DNA of 63,911 nucleotides, filler included, from Octopus bimaculoides (GCF_001194135.2; 8 parts of 7 records of this genome joined end to end with filler, not necessarily neighbours in it), one strand, 5' to 3'. Shown: positions 12,300 to 25,330, counted from the whole stretch's first letter. Program-made: numbers and translations. The notes: generated by a model from the sequence alone, not told the origin.

Positions 12300-12390
12300 A
12301 TGATGGTGGTGATGATGATGATGATGACGACGACGACGATGACGATGATGATGATGNNNNNNNNNNAGGAGGAGGAGGAGGAGGAGGATG
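9496..12390. repeat. Trinucleotide microsatellite mosaic (CTG, GTT, ATT, ATC, TTC, GTC, GAT), interrupted by gaps
   Basis: Direct inspection; source of the poly-I/F/L/S/M ORFs. Confidence 0.9.
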
Positions 12391-12825
12391 CAATTTTTAG
12401 CCTCGATTCTCCGCATTCAGGTATCATATCTTTCTTTATTGGAGTGACATTGTTTTTTCGCTTTTCATGTCTCTTAAGTTCAGTAAAAAATATTTCTTGG
12501 CAGTAAACAAGAGTTGGTTTGATGGGTACTTCATCGGTCTCGACGATGAGCATTCAGATGTTTCGTCAATGAGATTCCTATGTGTGAAACTAACGTACCA
12601 GCGGCTGAATATTCCGTAGACGTGTGTACCCATAACGCTGTTCCGAAGTTGAACCACTGTGTCACTGTATGAAATAGTAGGGCATTTGAATTGCTGGTAC
12701 AATCCAGAGTGAATGAGAAGAATTGAACACCCCTCCCCAGGGGGGTGGGATTGGTACTTAATTTATCGATTTCAAAGTTTGACACAAGGTCAGAAAATTC
12801 GCGGGGTGGGGTTAGTCAATTACAT

Positions 12826-13092
12826 CAGGGGTTTTCAAACTTTTTGACTTGCGGACCCCTTTATATTTCAGGCTTTACCATAGGGACCCCCTTATAAACG
12901 CTTATGAAATTTATACATAAATATTTGCTTAAAATAACATATATTTTTACATTTATTTATTTAACGGTATTTAACAAATAGGTTTATTGTCAATTAAAAG
13001 ATTTCGATTAAAAAACATATATAAAATCAAATTGCCCATAAAAAGTATTTGTTGTCCACGAACCCCCTGTCTTGTCCTTGCGGACCCCCTGT
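12826..13092 (+). mobile_element. hAT-like non-autonomous DNA element, left part (rest in gap)
   Basis: Terminus CAGGGGTTTTCAAACTTTTT; internal GCGGACCCC repeats; interrupts a SINE family A fragment. Confidence 0.5.
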
Positions 13093-13801
13093 NNNNNNNN
13101 NNNNNNNNNNNNNNNNNNNNNNNNNNNNNNNNNNNNNNNNNNNNNNNNNNNNNNNNNNNNNNNNNNNNNNNNNNNNNNNNNNNNNNNNNNNNNNNNNNNN
13201 NNNNNNNNNNNNNNNNNNNNNNNNNNNNNNNNNNNNNNNNNNNNNNNNNNNNNNNNNNNNNNNNNNNNNNNNNNNNNNNNNNNNNNNNNNNNNNNNNNNN
13301 NNNNNNNNNNNNNNNNNNNNNNNNNNNNNNNNNNNNNNNNNNNNNNNNNNNNNNNNNNNNNNNNNNNNNNNNNNNNNNNNNNNNNNNNNNNNNNNNNNNN
13401 NNNNNNNNNNNNNNNNNNNNNNNNNNNNNNNNNNNNNNNNNNNNNNNNNNNNNNNNNNNNNNNNNNNNNNNNNNNNNNNNNNNNNNNNNNNNNNNNNNNN
13501 NNNNNNNNNNNNNNNNNNNNNNNNNNNNNNNNNNNNNNNNNNNNNNNNNNNNNNNNNNNNNNNNNNNNNNNNNNNNNNNNNNNNNNNNNNNNNNNNNNNN
13601 NNNNNNNNNNNNNNNNNNNNNNNNNNNNNNNNNNNNNNNNNNNNNNNNNNNNNNNNNNNNNNNNNNNNNNNNNNNNNNNNNNNNNNNNNNNNNNNNNNNN
13701 NNNNNNNNNNNNNNNNNNNNNNNNNNNNNNNNNNNNNNNNNNNNNNNNNNNNNNGGTGGTGGTTGTGGTGGTGGTGGTGGTGGTGATGATGATGATGATA
13801 G

Positions 13802-13850
<49 letters not shown>

Positions 13851-14364
13851 GATGATGATATGTCAGATAAAATTAACCTTGGTTGGATTTGAACTCAGAT
13901 TGCAGAGACATGGAACGAATAGGAGAAGGTACTCTAATGATTCTATCCAACTCTAATGATCCTACCAAATTCGCCAAAGCTATCAGTTATTTCTTCTGGA
14001 TTTTTTGCATTTTAAGTTCCAAGGTAGATGTGGGAAACTTGTCTTTTCCTGGAGAAACAAGATGGTATCTTATAAAAAAAATTCAAAGAAGGTATAAACT
14101 CTCCGATTAAAATTCAGTTACAAGCTTATCGCTTGTGAAGGAAGTCACCGGGAAGGTCATAGTTCAACCTTATGGTAGAAGGAAAGAAATTTACGACAAA
14201 CTGAGTGAAGTGAGAGAAAGAAGCAGAAAGTATCTTCTACCTGAAGATACAAACGTTTTACAAGTTCAATGAACAAGTAGATAATCGATTGACTATCAAG
14301 TCGGGCATTCTGCTTTTGTGTTTGGTTAGTAAAAAACAACACATGATATCGTTATGAGGATAGT

Positions 14365-14790
14365 GTAAGGCGGCGAGATGGCAGAATCGTTAGCACGCCG
14401 GGCGAAATGCTTAGTAGCAGCATTTTGTCTGCTGTTACGTTCTGAGTTCAAATTCCGCTGAGGTCGACTTTGCCTTTCATCCTTTCGGGGTTGATAAATT
14501 AAGTACCAGTTGCGCACTGGGGTCAATGTAATCGATTTATCCCTTTGTTTGTCCTTGTTTGTCCCCTCCATGTTTAGACCCTTGTGAGCAATAAAGAAAT
14601 AAGAAACGTTAGCATACCGAACAAAATATTTAGCAGCGTTTCTTCCGGTTTTATATTCTGAATATTCAAATTCCGCCTTGTATTTCATTCCTTCGGAGGT
14701 CGATAAAATAAGTACGAATTGAGCATTAGGGTCGTTGTAATCAATTTCCCCTGCCCATCAGAATTGCAGGCCTTGTACCAAAATTAGAAA
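14365..14790 (+). mobile_element. tRNA-derived SINE family A, full copy plus a partial second copy
   Basis: GGCGAGATGGCAGAATCGTTAGCACGCCGGGCGAAATGCTTAG...GTTCTGAGTTCAAATTCC...GATAAATTAAGTACCAG. Confidence 0.85.
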
Positions 14791-15369
14791 GTGTTATGAG
14801 GAAAGTGTGACGTGAGGACAGATTAATCTCAGCGTTTCTTGCAGAGCCGATTATCGGAGATAATGAGGTACTTGTAGCTTATTTCATGACATTTAGAAGA
14901 AGTGTCTAAACACTATAAGAAGAGACATTGTTTCCAGTGTCGAGTTCTAAGCATCTTACGTTCTGACTGTAGGTGGGATGACGCAGCTGGTTATTTATCG
15001 AACACAAGAGAAACAATACGAAAGGTGTTTTATTATGTTGTATTACACACAGCTGAAAAGGGCTCTGTGTAGCACTATAAAATAGACATAAAGTCTATGA
15101 AACTAATCTCTCCTTGCTAATTCACTTTAAGTAAACGAATGAATGGTAGAGAATTAGATTCAATTGTTTTATAATTATAAATTCCTTCGGAAAATGTTAG
15201 TATTGTATTTCGCAAAATAGAATAAATTATTTTGCTGTCAAATGTTTCTTCTTCACAACAGAATTCATGTCACGTTGCTCACTTTTTTGTTTTTTTAATT
15301 CAATAATTGCCAATGATATCCATCAATGATTTCCCTGGATTCTACATTCTTCCATCTATCTTCTCCAAC

Positions 15370-15900
15370 TACTATTCCTTAGAGGTTCGTGGAGGTACAA
15401 TCCTCAGGCACCTCCTCCATAAGGTCAAACCAGAAGCAACAGTCGTTAGACTTTCTGACTAGATTCCCAAGCGTTTCTAACCGAGACTACGAGTATCATC
15501 CACGAGTCTCATTCTTAGTCTTCCCCTAAGTTTCCTTCAGCTTGGCTAGGCTTCAAGAACCCGTCTTGCAATTCTTTCTTGCAGCATTCTAATCATATCT
15601 CTATAATGCTGGAGCTGTGACCACCTCCCCATTCGTGGAAGTAGCGACTCGACTGGAGAGACTCTCTGATCTCTGAACAACGCGACCTGTCAAGAAACGT
15701 TACTCCAAAAATCCTTCGGAGGAACCACATTTCGGCCGCTTCTATTATACAGTTTTAACATGAAACCGAAATTAGCATCAGTCCCAGCGAGCTAGTTGAA
15801 TCTGTTGCTCTTTTTCAGCCTCAAATTGATGTTTACAATGTCTAATACAATTTTTATGCTGATAATCTTGGCAGCTCATTCATAATAGTTAAACAGCGTC
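15370..15900 (-). mobile_element. Decayed RTE-type LINE 3' region
   Basis: Minus-strand translation WFLRRIFGVT...SEIRESLQ...GKLRGRLRMR resembles RTE ORF C-termini. Confidence 0.55.
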
Positions 15901-16864
15901 TGCACTCATTGTTATAACAAAATGTGTGTCCCTGAGAAGTGTTCTTAATTGAGATTCATTAAATATTCCTCCTCCTTCTCGTCNNNNNNNNNNNNNNNNN
16001 NNNNNNNNNNNNNNNNNNNNNNNNNNNNNNNNNNNNNNNNNNNNNNNNNNNNNNNNNNNNNNNNNNNNNNNNNNNNNNNNNNNNNNNNNNNNNNNNNNNN
16101 NNNNNNNNNNNNNNNNNNNNNNNNNNNNNNNNNNNNNNNNNNNNNNNNNNNNNNNNNNNNNNNNNNNNNNNNNNNNNNNNNNNNNNNNNNNNNNNNNNNN
16201 NNNNNNNNNNNNNNNNNNNNNNNNNNNNNNNNNNNNNNNNNNNNNNNNNNNNNNNNNNNNNNNNNNNNNNNNNNNNNNNNNNNNNNNNNNNNNNNNNNNN
16301 NNNNNNNNNNNNNNNNNNNNNNNNNNNNNNNNNNNNNNNNNNNNNNNNNNNNNNNNNNNNNNNNNNNNNNNNNNNNNNNNNNNNNNNNNNNNNNNNNNNN
16401 NNNNNNNNNNNNNNNNNNNNNNNNNNNNNNNNNNNNNNNNNNNNNNNNNNNNNNNNNNNNNNNNNNNNNNNNNNNNNNNNNNNNNNNNNNNNNNNNNNNN
16501 NNNNNNNNNNNNNNNNNNNNNNNNNNNNNNNNNNNNNNNNNNNNNNNNNNNNNNNNNNNNNNNNNNNNNNNNNNNNNNNNNNNNNNNNNNNNNNNNNNNN
16601 NNNNNNNNNNNNNNNNNNNNNNNNNNNNNNNNNNNNNNNNNNNNNNNNNNNNNNNNNNNNNNNNNNNNNNNNNNNNNNNNNNNNNNNNNNNNNNNNNNNN
16701 NNNNNNNNNNNNNNNNNNNNNNNNNNNNNNNNNNNNNNNNNNNNNNNNNNNNNNNNNNNNNNNNNNNNNNNNNNNNNNNNNNNNNNNNNNNNNNNNNNNN
16801 NNNNNNNNNNNNNNNNNNNNNNNNNNNNNNNNNNNNNNNNNNNNNNNNNNNNNNNNNNNNNNNN

Positions 16865-16934
<70 letters not shown>

Positions 16935-17199
16935 CTCTCTTTCTTTCTCTCTCACTCACACAAACAAACACACACACACTTTTACACCACCTCTCACTCA
17001 TTACACCTCCACCTCTCTAACTAACTGAAGTATAACGGGCGAACGAACAACAATATTATCATAAAGATAGATAAAGAAAATATTGAAATTAATATTTCCG
17101 GAAATATATGTTAACAACGTTTACAAGACATTCCAAAGAGGCCTTTCCCGAACCGTAGACTTATAAAGTTGCTTTACCGGATTCTTACGATCACTCTTT

Positions 17200-17425
17200 A
17201 CTATATGTATGTTTGTATGTATGTATGTATGTATGTATGTATGTATGTATGTATGTATGTATGTATGTATATAGCTTCCATTTTTTTAATTATTATAAAT
17301 CTTCCACTGAGGAGGGAGACGGTTTCCAACAAAGATACAAGGCTCTATTTTGGGGATGTGGTTAACACAGACAAATTCACATCTGGAACTTGAGAAAAGT
17401 CTTGCATATTTTTACTATTCCACTC
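17200..17425 (-). mobile_element. 3' end of an R4/Dong-clade LINE with (CATA)n tail
   Basis: Reverse complement aligns with 30690-30846, from the ORF end GCAAGA.TTTTCTCAAGTTC through CCTTGTATCTTTGTTGGAAACC and CCTCAGTGGAAGATTTATAAT. Confidence 0.8.
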
Positions 17426-17544
17426 ACAGATTGCACTTGTAATGTAGGAATTAGCCGGTCGATTTCTCTTTCTGAAAATCCCAGATTTTCCTTTAAGCAT
17501 TTATTAACCACATACTATGTATGTATGTATGTATGTATTCTTTT

Positions 17545-17972
17545 ATTCGTTTATTTTTTTACTTCTTTCAGTCATTTGACAGCGGCCATGCTGGAGCACC
17601 GCCTTGAGCTTTAAGTCCAACAGCATTAAGTCCAACAAATCGACCCGAGGAGTTATATCTTAAGCCTAGTACTTATTTTATCGGTGTCTTTTTGCCGGAC
17701 CACTAATTTACGGGGACGTAAACACACCATCACCGGTTTTCAAGAGGTGATGGGTCAACAAACATAGACACAAAGACACAGACACATAGATATGTGTGTG
17801 TGTGTGTGTGTGTCTACGACGGGCTTCTTTCAGTTTCCGTCTACCAATCCACTCACACGGCTTTGGTCAGCTTGAGGCTAAAGTAGAAGACTCCTGCCCA
17901 AGATGCCACGCAGTGGGACTAAACCCGGACTCACTTGGCTGAGAAGCAAGCTTCTTACCACACAGCTACACC
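17545..17972 (-). mobile_element. SINE family B, full length
   Basis: Head, core and tail all present on the minus strand. Confidence 0.85.
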
Positions 17973-19394
17973 TCATATATGTGTGTGTGTATGTATATAG
18001 GTATAATATACTATATTGCATATATATANNNNNNNNNNNNNNNNNNNNNNNNNNNNNNNNNNNNNNNNNNNNNNNNNNNNNNNNNNNNNNNNNNNNNNNN
18101 NNNNNNNNNNNNNNNNNNNNNNNNNNNNNNNNTATATATATATATATATATATATCGCACATATGTATATACGTATACATACACATTTTATACCTGTGTA
18201 TGTGTGCATGCGTGTCCGTATGTGTATGTTTAAGACAAATATCTGTGTAATAGTTGTACTTATGTATAACAAAATATTTCTGTTGTCACCATGGTAATTG
18301 AAAAATGGTGTACTTCCTTTTCGTATATTTCTTAATTTGTCTTCGTTATTATACTATAATTTTCTAAGATATAATTTCGCCTTAGTTTCATAGATTTTCA
18401 CACGTAAATCGCTTGTCCATAATGGTTTAATTTATTATTTGTTGGTTTTCTACGTTTTTAGTTTTTCGTTTCCTCGCTCAAACACTTTCAAATTAAAAAG
18501 TAACGTTGTGTATATATGAGTATGTGTCTATAGTCTATAAATGTACGTCTCTCGTTTCCTCTCTCTCTCTCTCTTTCTCACTCTTTCTCTATCTATCTAT
18601 ATATACATACACACACACATATATATCTTTATATATACACATATATATATNNNNNNNNNNNNNNNNNNNNNNNNNNNNNNNNNNNNNNNNNNNNNNNNNN
18701 NNNNNNNNNNNNNNNNNNNNNNNNNNNNNNNNNNNNNNNNNNNNNNNNNNAAGGACAAAATGGTAAACAAGGTGCAACAAACAAACAGGCCACATAGAAA
18801 TGTGGCCTGCTTGTTTACCATTTTTGTCCTTGTTCTTTTGCCACGTCATGTAGCCAGTTATGTATCTATATGTACATGTAGATGAACGTATATACATACA
18901 TGTACATATATATGCATATACTCATATATTGTTTATATATATATATATATGCATACATACATAAACACACGTATGCGCTTATGTGCGAGCTTCTATCTCA
19001 GTAATTTATAAGTAACGATCAAGTTATTATTTCAAACCGCAATTTACCAGATACAAACCAAAACTAACAATTGAAGCTAACTATGAATTAAAACCAAATA
19101 CAGTTAAGAATCCCTTATCCGAAATTCCTAGTACAGAAAATGTCGAAGGTTTCTAGGTTTTCGGATTTCGGGGTATCCATTTTCGTTTTATAATGTTGCT
19201 TACACATATACCCTATATGTAGTTTTATATAAAATTATAATAGATTTTTTTCATACATAATACCATCAGAAAGGTAAGATATCAGTCTCCACTTATGATA
19301 TCATGTTCTGATTAAAAGTTTGAAGTATATGCACGTCATTTACCGTTTATTCTTTACAATACTGGAATTAGGCTTTATGTATGGTAAAAAAAAA

Positions 19395-19727
19395 AAAAAG
19401 CATAGAACGTGATTACAGACAAAGCCAAAATATATATATTTATATTTTACTCAAATATATCTACTAATTTTTTCAGTTCTCATAACCACTTGAACACTAT
19501 TTATCATTAGCAGGATAGGTGTAGGTTTTCCCCCAAGTGTCTTGCACCCATTAGTCAACTCTCTTCACCCTTTCAAAACACACAGGGTGACCACTTTTCA
19601 TTTTATCAATGCGGTGTTTGTAATAAAATAAATCAGTGAAATAAATCGTTTTTAATGGATTGAACTCGAAGTAGATAAAACTACAAATAAAACTATGTAA
19701 AAAGCATAGAACGTGATTACAGACAAA
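19395..19727 (+). repeat. 275-bp copy of 27390-27664, flanked by a 29-bp direct repeat
   Basis: 19424-19698 equals 27390-27664 except one substitution. AAAAAGCATAGAACGTGATTACAGACAAA at 19395-19423 and 19699-19727. Confidence 0.95.
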
Positions 19728-20109
19728 TAAAATGAAAACTGAAAATGTCAGCATTTTATATTTAAGGTTATGTACAAGTAATGACGCTACAAAACGAAAA
19801 AATGCTTGGTCACTGCTTACAAACTTGAGGATAATGCATCCCCAGACATTACAGCTGCGTCAGGTTCGAGAAATTTCGATGACAGACCTATTTCAACTGT
19901 GTTCACTATCGGTAGTTGAATGAAAAGCTGGAATATCATAACGTGTCATAATGCTCAAATAACCTATACTTGGTGGAACTTTCCAAGTACTTTGTGGAAT
20001 TTTCCATTTGGAGCTTATTATGTCGGCATTCCAAAAACTTTCAAAGGTTTTCGGATTTCGGAATTTCGGTTTTTTAATTGCACTATTATATATTGTTCAT
20101 GGGTATATA

Positions 20110-20142
<33 letters not shown>

Positions 20143-20876
20143 NNNNNNNNNNNNNNNNNNNNNNNNNNNNNNNNNNNNNNNNNNNNNNNNNNNNNNNNNN
20201 NNNNNNNNNNNNNNNNNNNNNNNNNNNNNNNNNNNNNNNNNNNNNNNNNNNNNNNNNNNNNNNNNNNNNNNNNNNNNNNNNNNNNNNNNNNNNNNNNNNN
20301 NNNNNNNNNNNNNNNNNNNNNNNNNNNNNNNNNNNNNNNNNNNNNNNNNNNNNNNNNNNNNNNNNNNNNNNNNNNNNNNNNNNNNNNNNNNNNNNNNNNN
20401 NNNNNNNNNNNNNNNNNNNNNNNNNNNNNNNNNNNNNNNNNNNNNNNNNNNNNNNNNNNNNNNNNNNNNNNNNNNNNNNNNNNNNNNNNNNNNNNNNNNN
20501 NNNNNNNNNNNNNNNNNNNNNNNNNNNNNNNNNNNNNNNNNNNNNNNNNNNNNNNNNNNNNNNNNNNNNNNNNNNNNNNNNNNNNNNNNNNNNNNNNNNN
20601 NNNNNNNNNNNNNNNNNNNNNNNNNNNNNNNNNNNNNNNNNNNNNNNNNNNNNNNNNNNNNNNNNNNNNNNNNNNNNNNNNNNNNNNNNNNNNNNNNNNN
20701 NNNNNNNNNNNNNNNNNNNNNNNNNNNNNNNNNNNNNNNNNNNNNNNNNNNNNNNNNNNNNNNNNNNNNNNNNNNNNNNNNNNNNNNNNNNNNNNNNNNN
20801 NNNNNNNNNNNNNNNNNNNNNNNNNNNNNNNNNNNNNNNNNNNNNNNNNNNNNNNNNNNNNNNNNNNNNNNNNNNN

Positions 20877-20909
<33 letters not shown>

Positions 20910-21751
20910 GATACGTACAAAAACTAGCAACCGAAGGTGACTCTACACTGTGACTTCACCTGGAAGAAACTGCGGTGAAATCTTCACTCAAATCACAAGT
21001 TATCTTCAAAAAGCTGGGTTGTCTTTGATGAAAATAAATCCGTTCCATATTAAACAGTAACAAGATCACTTAGTTTTGTATATAAAAACATGGCAGCTCT
21101 TCAATTTTTCAGCTGCATCACAAGTTCAGCGATATTATATTCTTTTAATGTTGTTTAGAGCCTTAGGCTGTTTTGTAACCATAGATTCCAGTGGGTGTCA
21201 TTCATTTCTCTGTGTAGCGATATTTGCAGTATCACACATACATATAAAAATACATACGTGCTCTCACTCTCTCTCGCACACACTCTCTCTCTCTCCTCTC
21301 TTTCTCTCTCTCTCCTTTCCATATATGTGTGTGTATGCGTGTGCATGTATATATAATTATGTGGGGGTGCATGCTTGTAAGTAGGTAGGTAGATAGATAG
21401 GTAGGTAGGTAGGTAGGTAGGTAGGTAGGCATGTACGTAAGTACGAGAGAACGTACGTGCGTACGTAGGTGTAAGTGTGTGTACTTTATTCCTTTATATG
21501 TTCCAGCCCAAAAGCTTGTGGCCATACTGGAGCAACGCCATTTTCATCACCTTTTCAATGGACGTTTTTATATAGTTGGATTTTGGTTTTATATAGTTGG
21601 ATTTTGGCATCTAGGTCATTCCGTAGATGTTTAGTACTTACGTAGGCATGTATGTATGTATGTATGTATTATGCATGCATGTATGTATGCATGTATGTAA
21701 ATAGGTATATCGCTCTGAATATCAACAGAATAGATATTCATCTATCTCCCC

Positions 21752-21792
<41 letters not shown>

Positions 21793-21957
21793 ACACACAC
21801 ACACTCTATGCGCGTGCATAGAAGCGTATAAGAAGCATGTATATGCTATAGAAAATTTATTAGTTATATGTACGTATGCATGCATGCATGTATGTATTAT
21901 GTATATATGTATAGTATTCGAGCATCTATATTAGAATATTTATAAGTGATACACACA

Positions 21958-22000
<43 letters not shown>

Positions 22001-22394
22001 TAGGTAAGTATTATATTTATGTATATGTTTATAAGTATGTGTGTATGCTCGTGTGTGTTGCACACGTGGGAGAAAGAACACTCAACACATGTTATAGAAT
22101 ATNNNNNNNNNNNNNNNNNNNNNNNNNNNNNNNNNNNNNNNNNNNNNNNNNNNNNNNNNNNNNNNNNNNNNNNNNNNNNNNNNNNNNNNNNNNNNNNNNN
22201 NNNNNNNNNNNNNNNNNNNNNNNNNNNNNNNNNNNNNNNNNNNNNNNNNNNNNNNNNNNNNNNNNNNNNNNNNNNNNNNNNNNNNNNNNNNNNNNNNNNN
22301 NNNNNNNNNNNNNNNNNNNNNNNNNNNNNNNNNNNNNNNNNNNNNNNNNNNNNNNNNNNNNNNNNNNNNNNNNNNNNNNNNNNNNNNNNNNNNN

Positions 22395-22705
22395 ATTAAC
22401 GCGCAAGTGGCTGAGAACTCCACAGACACGTGTACCCTTAACGTAGGTCTCGGGGATATTCAGCGTGACACAGTGTGACAAGGCTGACCCTTTGAACCAC
22501 AGGCACAACAGAAACGGGATGTAAGAGTGAGAGAAAGTTGTGGTGAAAGAGTACAGCAGGGTTCGCAACCATCCCCTGCCGGAGCCTCGTGGAGCTTTAG
22601 GTGTTTTCGCTCAATAAACACTCACAACGCCCTGTCTGGGAATCGAAACCGCGATCCTATGACCGCGAGTCCGCTGCCCTAACCACTGGGCCATTGCGCC
22701 TCCAC
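22395..22705 (-). mobile_element. SINE family C (3' end in gap)
   Basis: High similarity to 5940-6248. Confidence 0.85.
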
Positions 22706-23137
22706 TTTTCCCATTATAATCAATACAGAATACACTAATATAGCCCAACAATCTGGCGGTGCGCAAACTGTTTTGCTCGAATTAGTTACATTCACGCTTC
22801 AGAATACACAAGTAAAGCAGCTAACATTTGAAGATTATCGTATCGATAAAATTATCAGTAACAATTAAATCAAAAACAATTCTACTAATGATAAAGCTAC
22901 TTACACAATATTTCACACAATTCATTTTATAATCAACGTTATAGGCTGGTGAATACAGCGAAGCTTTTACCTTAAACGAACTGCATGTTACACAAATTTC
23001 AATATTACTGCACAATAAGCTGCGGAACGTCTACAAAACAAAAGCCTTTGATTCCAGTTTAAAATCGTTACACAATTGCGGACACTATTTATCCTTCAAT
23101 AGCGAAACGAATTTTACATCGCTTGAGTAATAGACTA

Positions 23138-23315
23138 ATCGCTTCTCAGCCTTTTGACCAAAATCGAAGTATTGTATCTGCTCCTATCACTTTAATATTT
23201 GATATGTTCCTAATATGGAGCCTTCAATATTAAACTGATTTTTCTTTTTTGTTCTTCGGCGAAGATTTACTTTACTTCGGCTGACCTGATATAGTAGTAT
23301 ATGCACAATTTCAAA
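23138..23315 (+). pseudogene. U2: U2 snRNA pseudogene, copy 1
   Basis: ATCGCTTCTCAGCCTTTTGACC 5' end. Branch-point pairing region mutated (GTATTGTA), Sm site TGATTTTTCT, stem III partly deleted. Confidence 0.85.
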
Positions 23316-23620
23316 CACTTTACACTTACTCATTTCAAGATTAATAAAATAACTAATAAGCACACAAAAATTCATAGAATGCCTGCAACTACCTTTAAAA
23401 TTAACACTTATCTAATAGTGATTAATTTATTACACTAGATTTGACAGAATTCATTCTAAAATCAAAGCTATTACTCATATGTACAGCGAAGCGTCTAACT
23501 TGTACTTATTGAGAGTCATACAAATTTCACAATGTCTTTACAATATAATCTTCGATGGACATCTACAAGATAAAAGCAGGAAAAAATTAATTACAAGTAT
23601 AAACCCATCTAACTCGTTTA

Positions 23621-23805
23621 ATCGCTTCTCAACCTTTTTGGCTAAGATCAAAATGTAGTATTTGTTCTTATTGGCTTAATATCTGATATGATCCTTTTAT
23701 GAGACCATCGATATTAAACTAATTTTTTAAATATTTGCGGCTAAGATTTTGGAGCTTGCTCGACCCCTGTCTGGGACTAACCTAGTATTGCAGTATGTTT
23801 AGGTG
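23621..23805 (+). ncRNA. U2: Divergent U2 snRNA gene or pseudogene, copy 2
   Basis: U2 5' end, GTAGTA branch-point recognition sequence, stem IIa, GGAGCTTGCTC, stem IV loop TATTGCAGTA. Sm site variant AATTTTTTA. Confidence 0.85.
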
Positions 23806-24253
23806 CGTGTGTGTGTGTGTACATATATATACATATATATANNNNNNNNNNNNNNNNNNNNNNNNNNNNNNNNNNNNNNNNNNNNNNNNNNNNNNNNNNN
23901 NNNNNNNNNNNNNNNNNNNNNNNNNNNNNNNNNNNNNNNNNNNNNNNNNNNNNNNNNNNNNNNNNNNNNNNNNNNNNNNNNNNNNNNNNNNNNNNNNNNN
24001 NNNNNNNNNNNNNNNNNNNNNNNNNNNNNNNNNNNNNNNNNNNNNNNNNNNNNNNNNNNNNNNNNNNNNNNNNNNNNNNNNNNNNNNNNNNNNNNNNNNN
24101 NNNNNNNNNNNNNNNNNNNNNNNNNNNNNNNNNNNNNNNNNNNNNNNNNNNNNNNNNNNNNNNNNNNNNNNNNNNNNNNNNNNNNNNNNNNNNNNNNNNN
24201 NNNNNNNNNNNNNNNNNNNNNNNNNNNNNNNNNNNNNNNNNNNNNNNNNNNNN

Positions 24254-24315
<62 letters not shown>

Positions 24316-24609
24316 ACACACACACGTATGTATATATACCAGTATAATCCAATTCAGCGAGCCACATTATTCATCTTGGTCAGCCATTTACAATTATTTC
24401 ACACATCTCTACACTCGAAACTTCAAAGCTAAAATAATATTTTACGCAAACATATTGTTTCATTTTTCATTTCCCATCATAATCCTCTCACAATATAATA
24501 CCTTAGCGCCATAGTCGTTGAGTCGCACAAAATTCCTTGCACTAATTAGACAGCAAATTTTTCACATTTCACAAGACGCACGTTGGCCCACATTTCATTA
24601 TTGCAGTGA

Positions 24610-24930
24610 TGAAAGGCGGTGAGCTGGCAGAGTCGTTAGCACGCCGGGCAAAATGCTAAGCGGTATTTCGTCTGTTTTCGTGTTCTGAGTTCAAATGCCA
24701 CCGGGGGTCGACTTTGCCTTTCATTCTTTCGGAGTCGATAAATTAAGTACCAGTTACGCACTGGGGTCGATGTAATCGACTAGTCCCCTCACCAAAATTT
24801 CAGACCTTGTTACGCACTGATTACATCGACCCCAGTGCGTAACAAGGCCTGAAATTTAGGTGAGGGGAATCGACTAGACCCCTCACCAAAATTTCAGGCC
24901 TTGTGCCTATAGCAGAAAGGATTATTGCAG
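24610..24930 (+). mobile_element. SINE family A with internal fold-back rearrangement
   Basis: Family head at about 24615; inverted and direct duplications at 24753-24905. Confidence 0.85.
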
Positions 24931-24974
24931 TGATGATCAATTCAAATCGTAACGCTCGGCAATGGATTTTATAG

Positions 24975-25195
24975 TCGGAAACTCAAAGAAGCCTGTAGTA
25001 TATATGTGTGTGTGTATACTTGTCCTCCACCATCGTTTGACAACCGGTGTTGATTTGTTTATGCTCCCGTAACATTAGCGGTTCGGAAAAAGAGACCAAT
25101 GAAACAAGTACCAAGCTTTAAAATAAATACTGGCGTCGGTTTGTTCTACTAAACGTCTCAATGCAGTGCCCCAGCATGACCACAGTCCAATGACT
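24975..25195 (+). mobile_element. SINE family B, 3' part
   Basis: GGAAACTCAAAGAAGCC...GACAACCGGTG...CAGCATGACCACAGTCCAATGAC. Confidence 0.7.
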
Positions 25196-25330
25196 TTACA
25201 ATTAATTGCTGTTGTTTCCATACAAACACGCGCGCGCACAGGCACGTGCAAGCACACACACACACACACACACACACTAATCATTCTTCAACAGTGAAAC
25301 ATTTTATATCGCCCGTGTAGTAATCATTTT

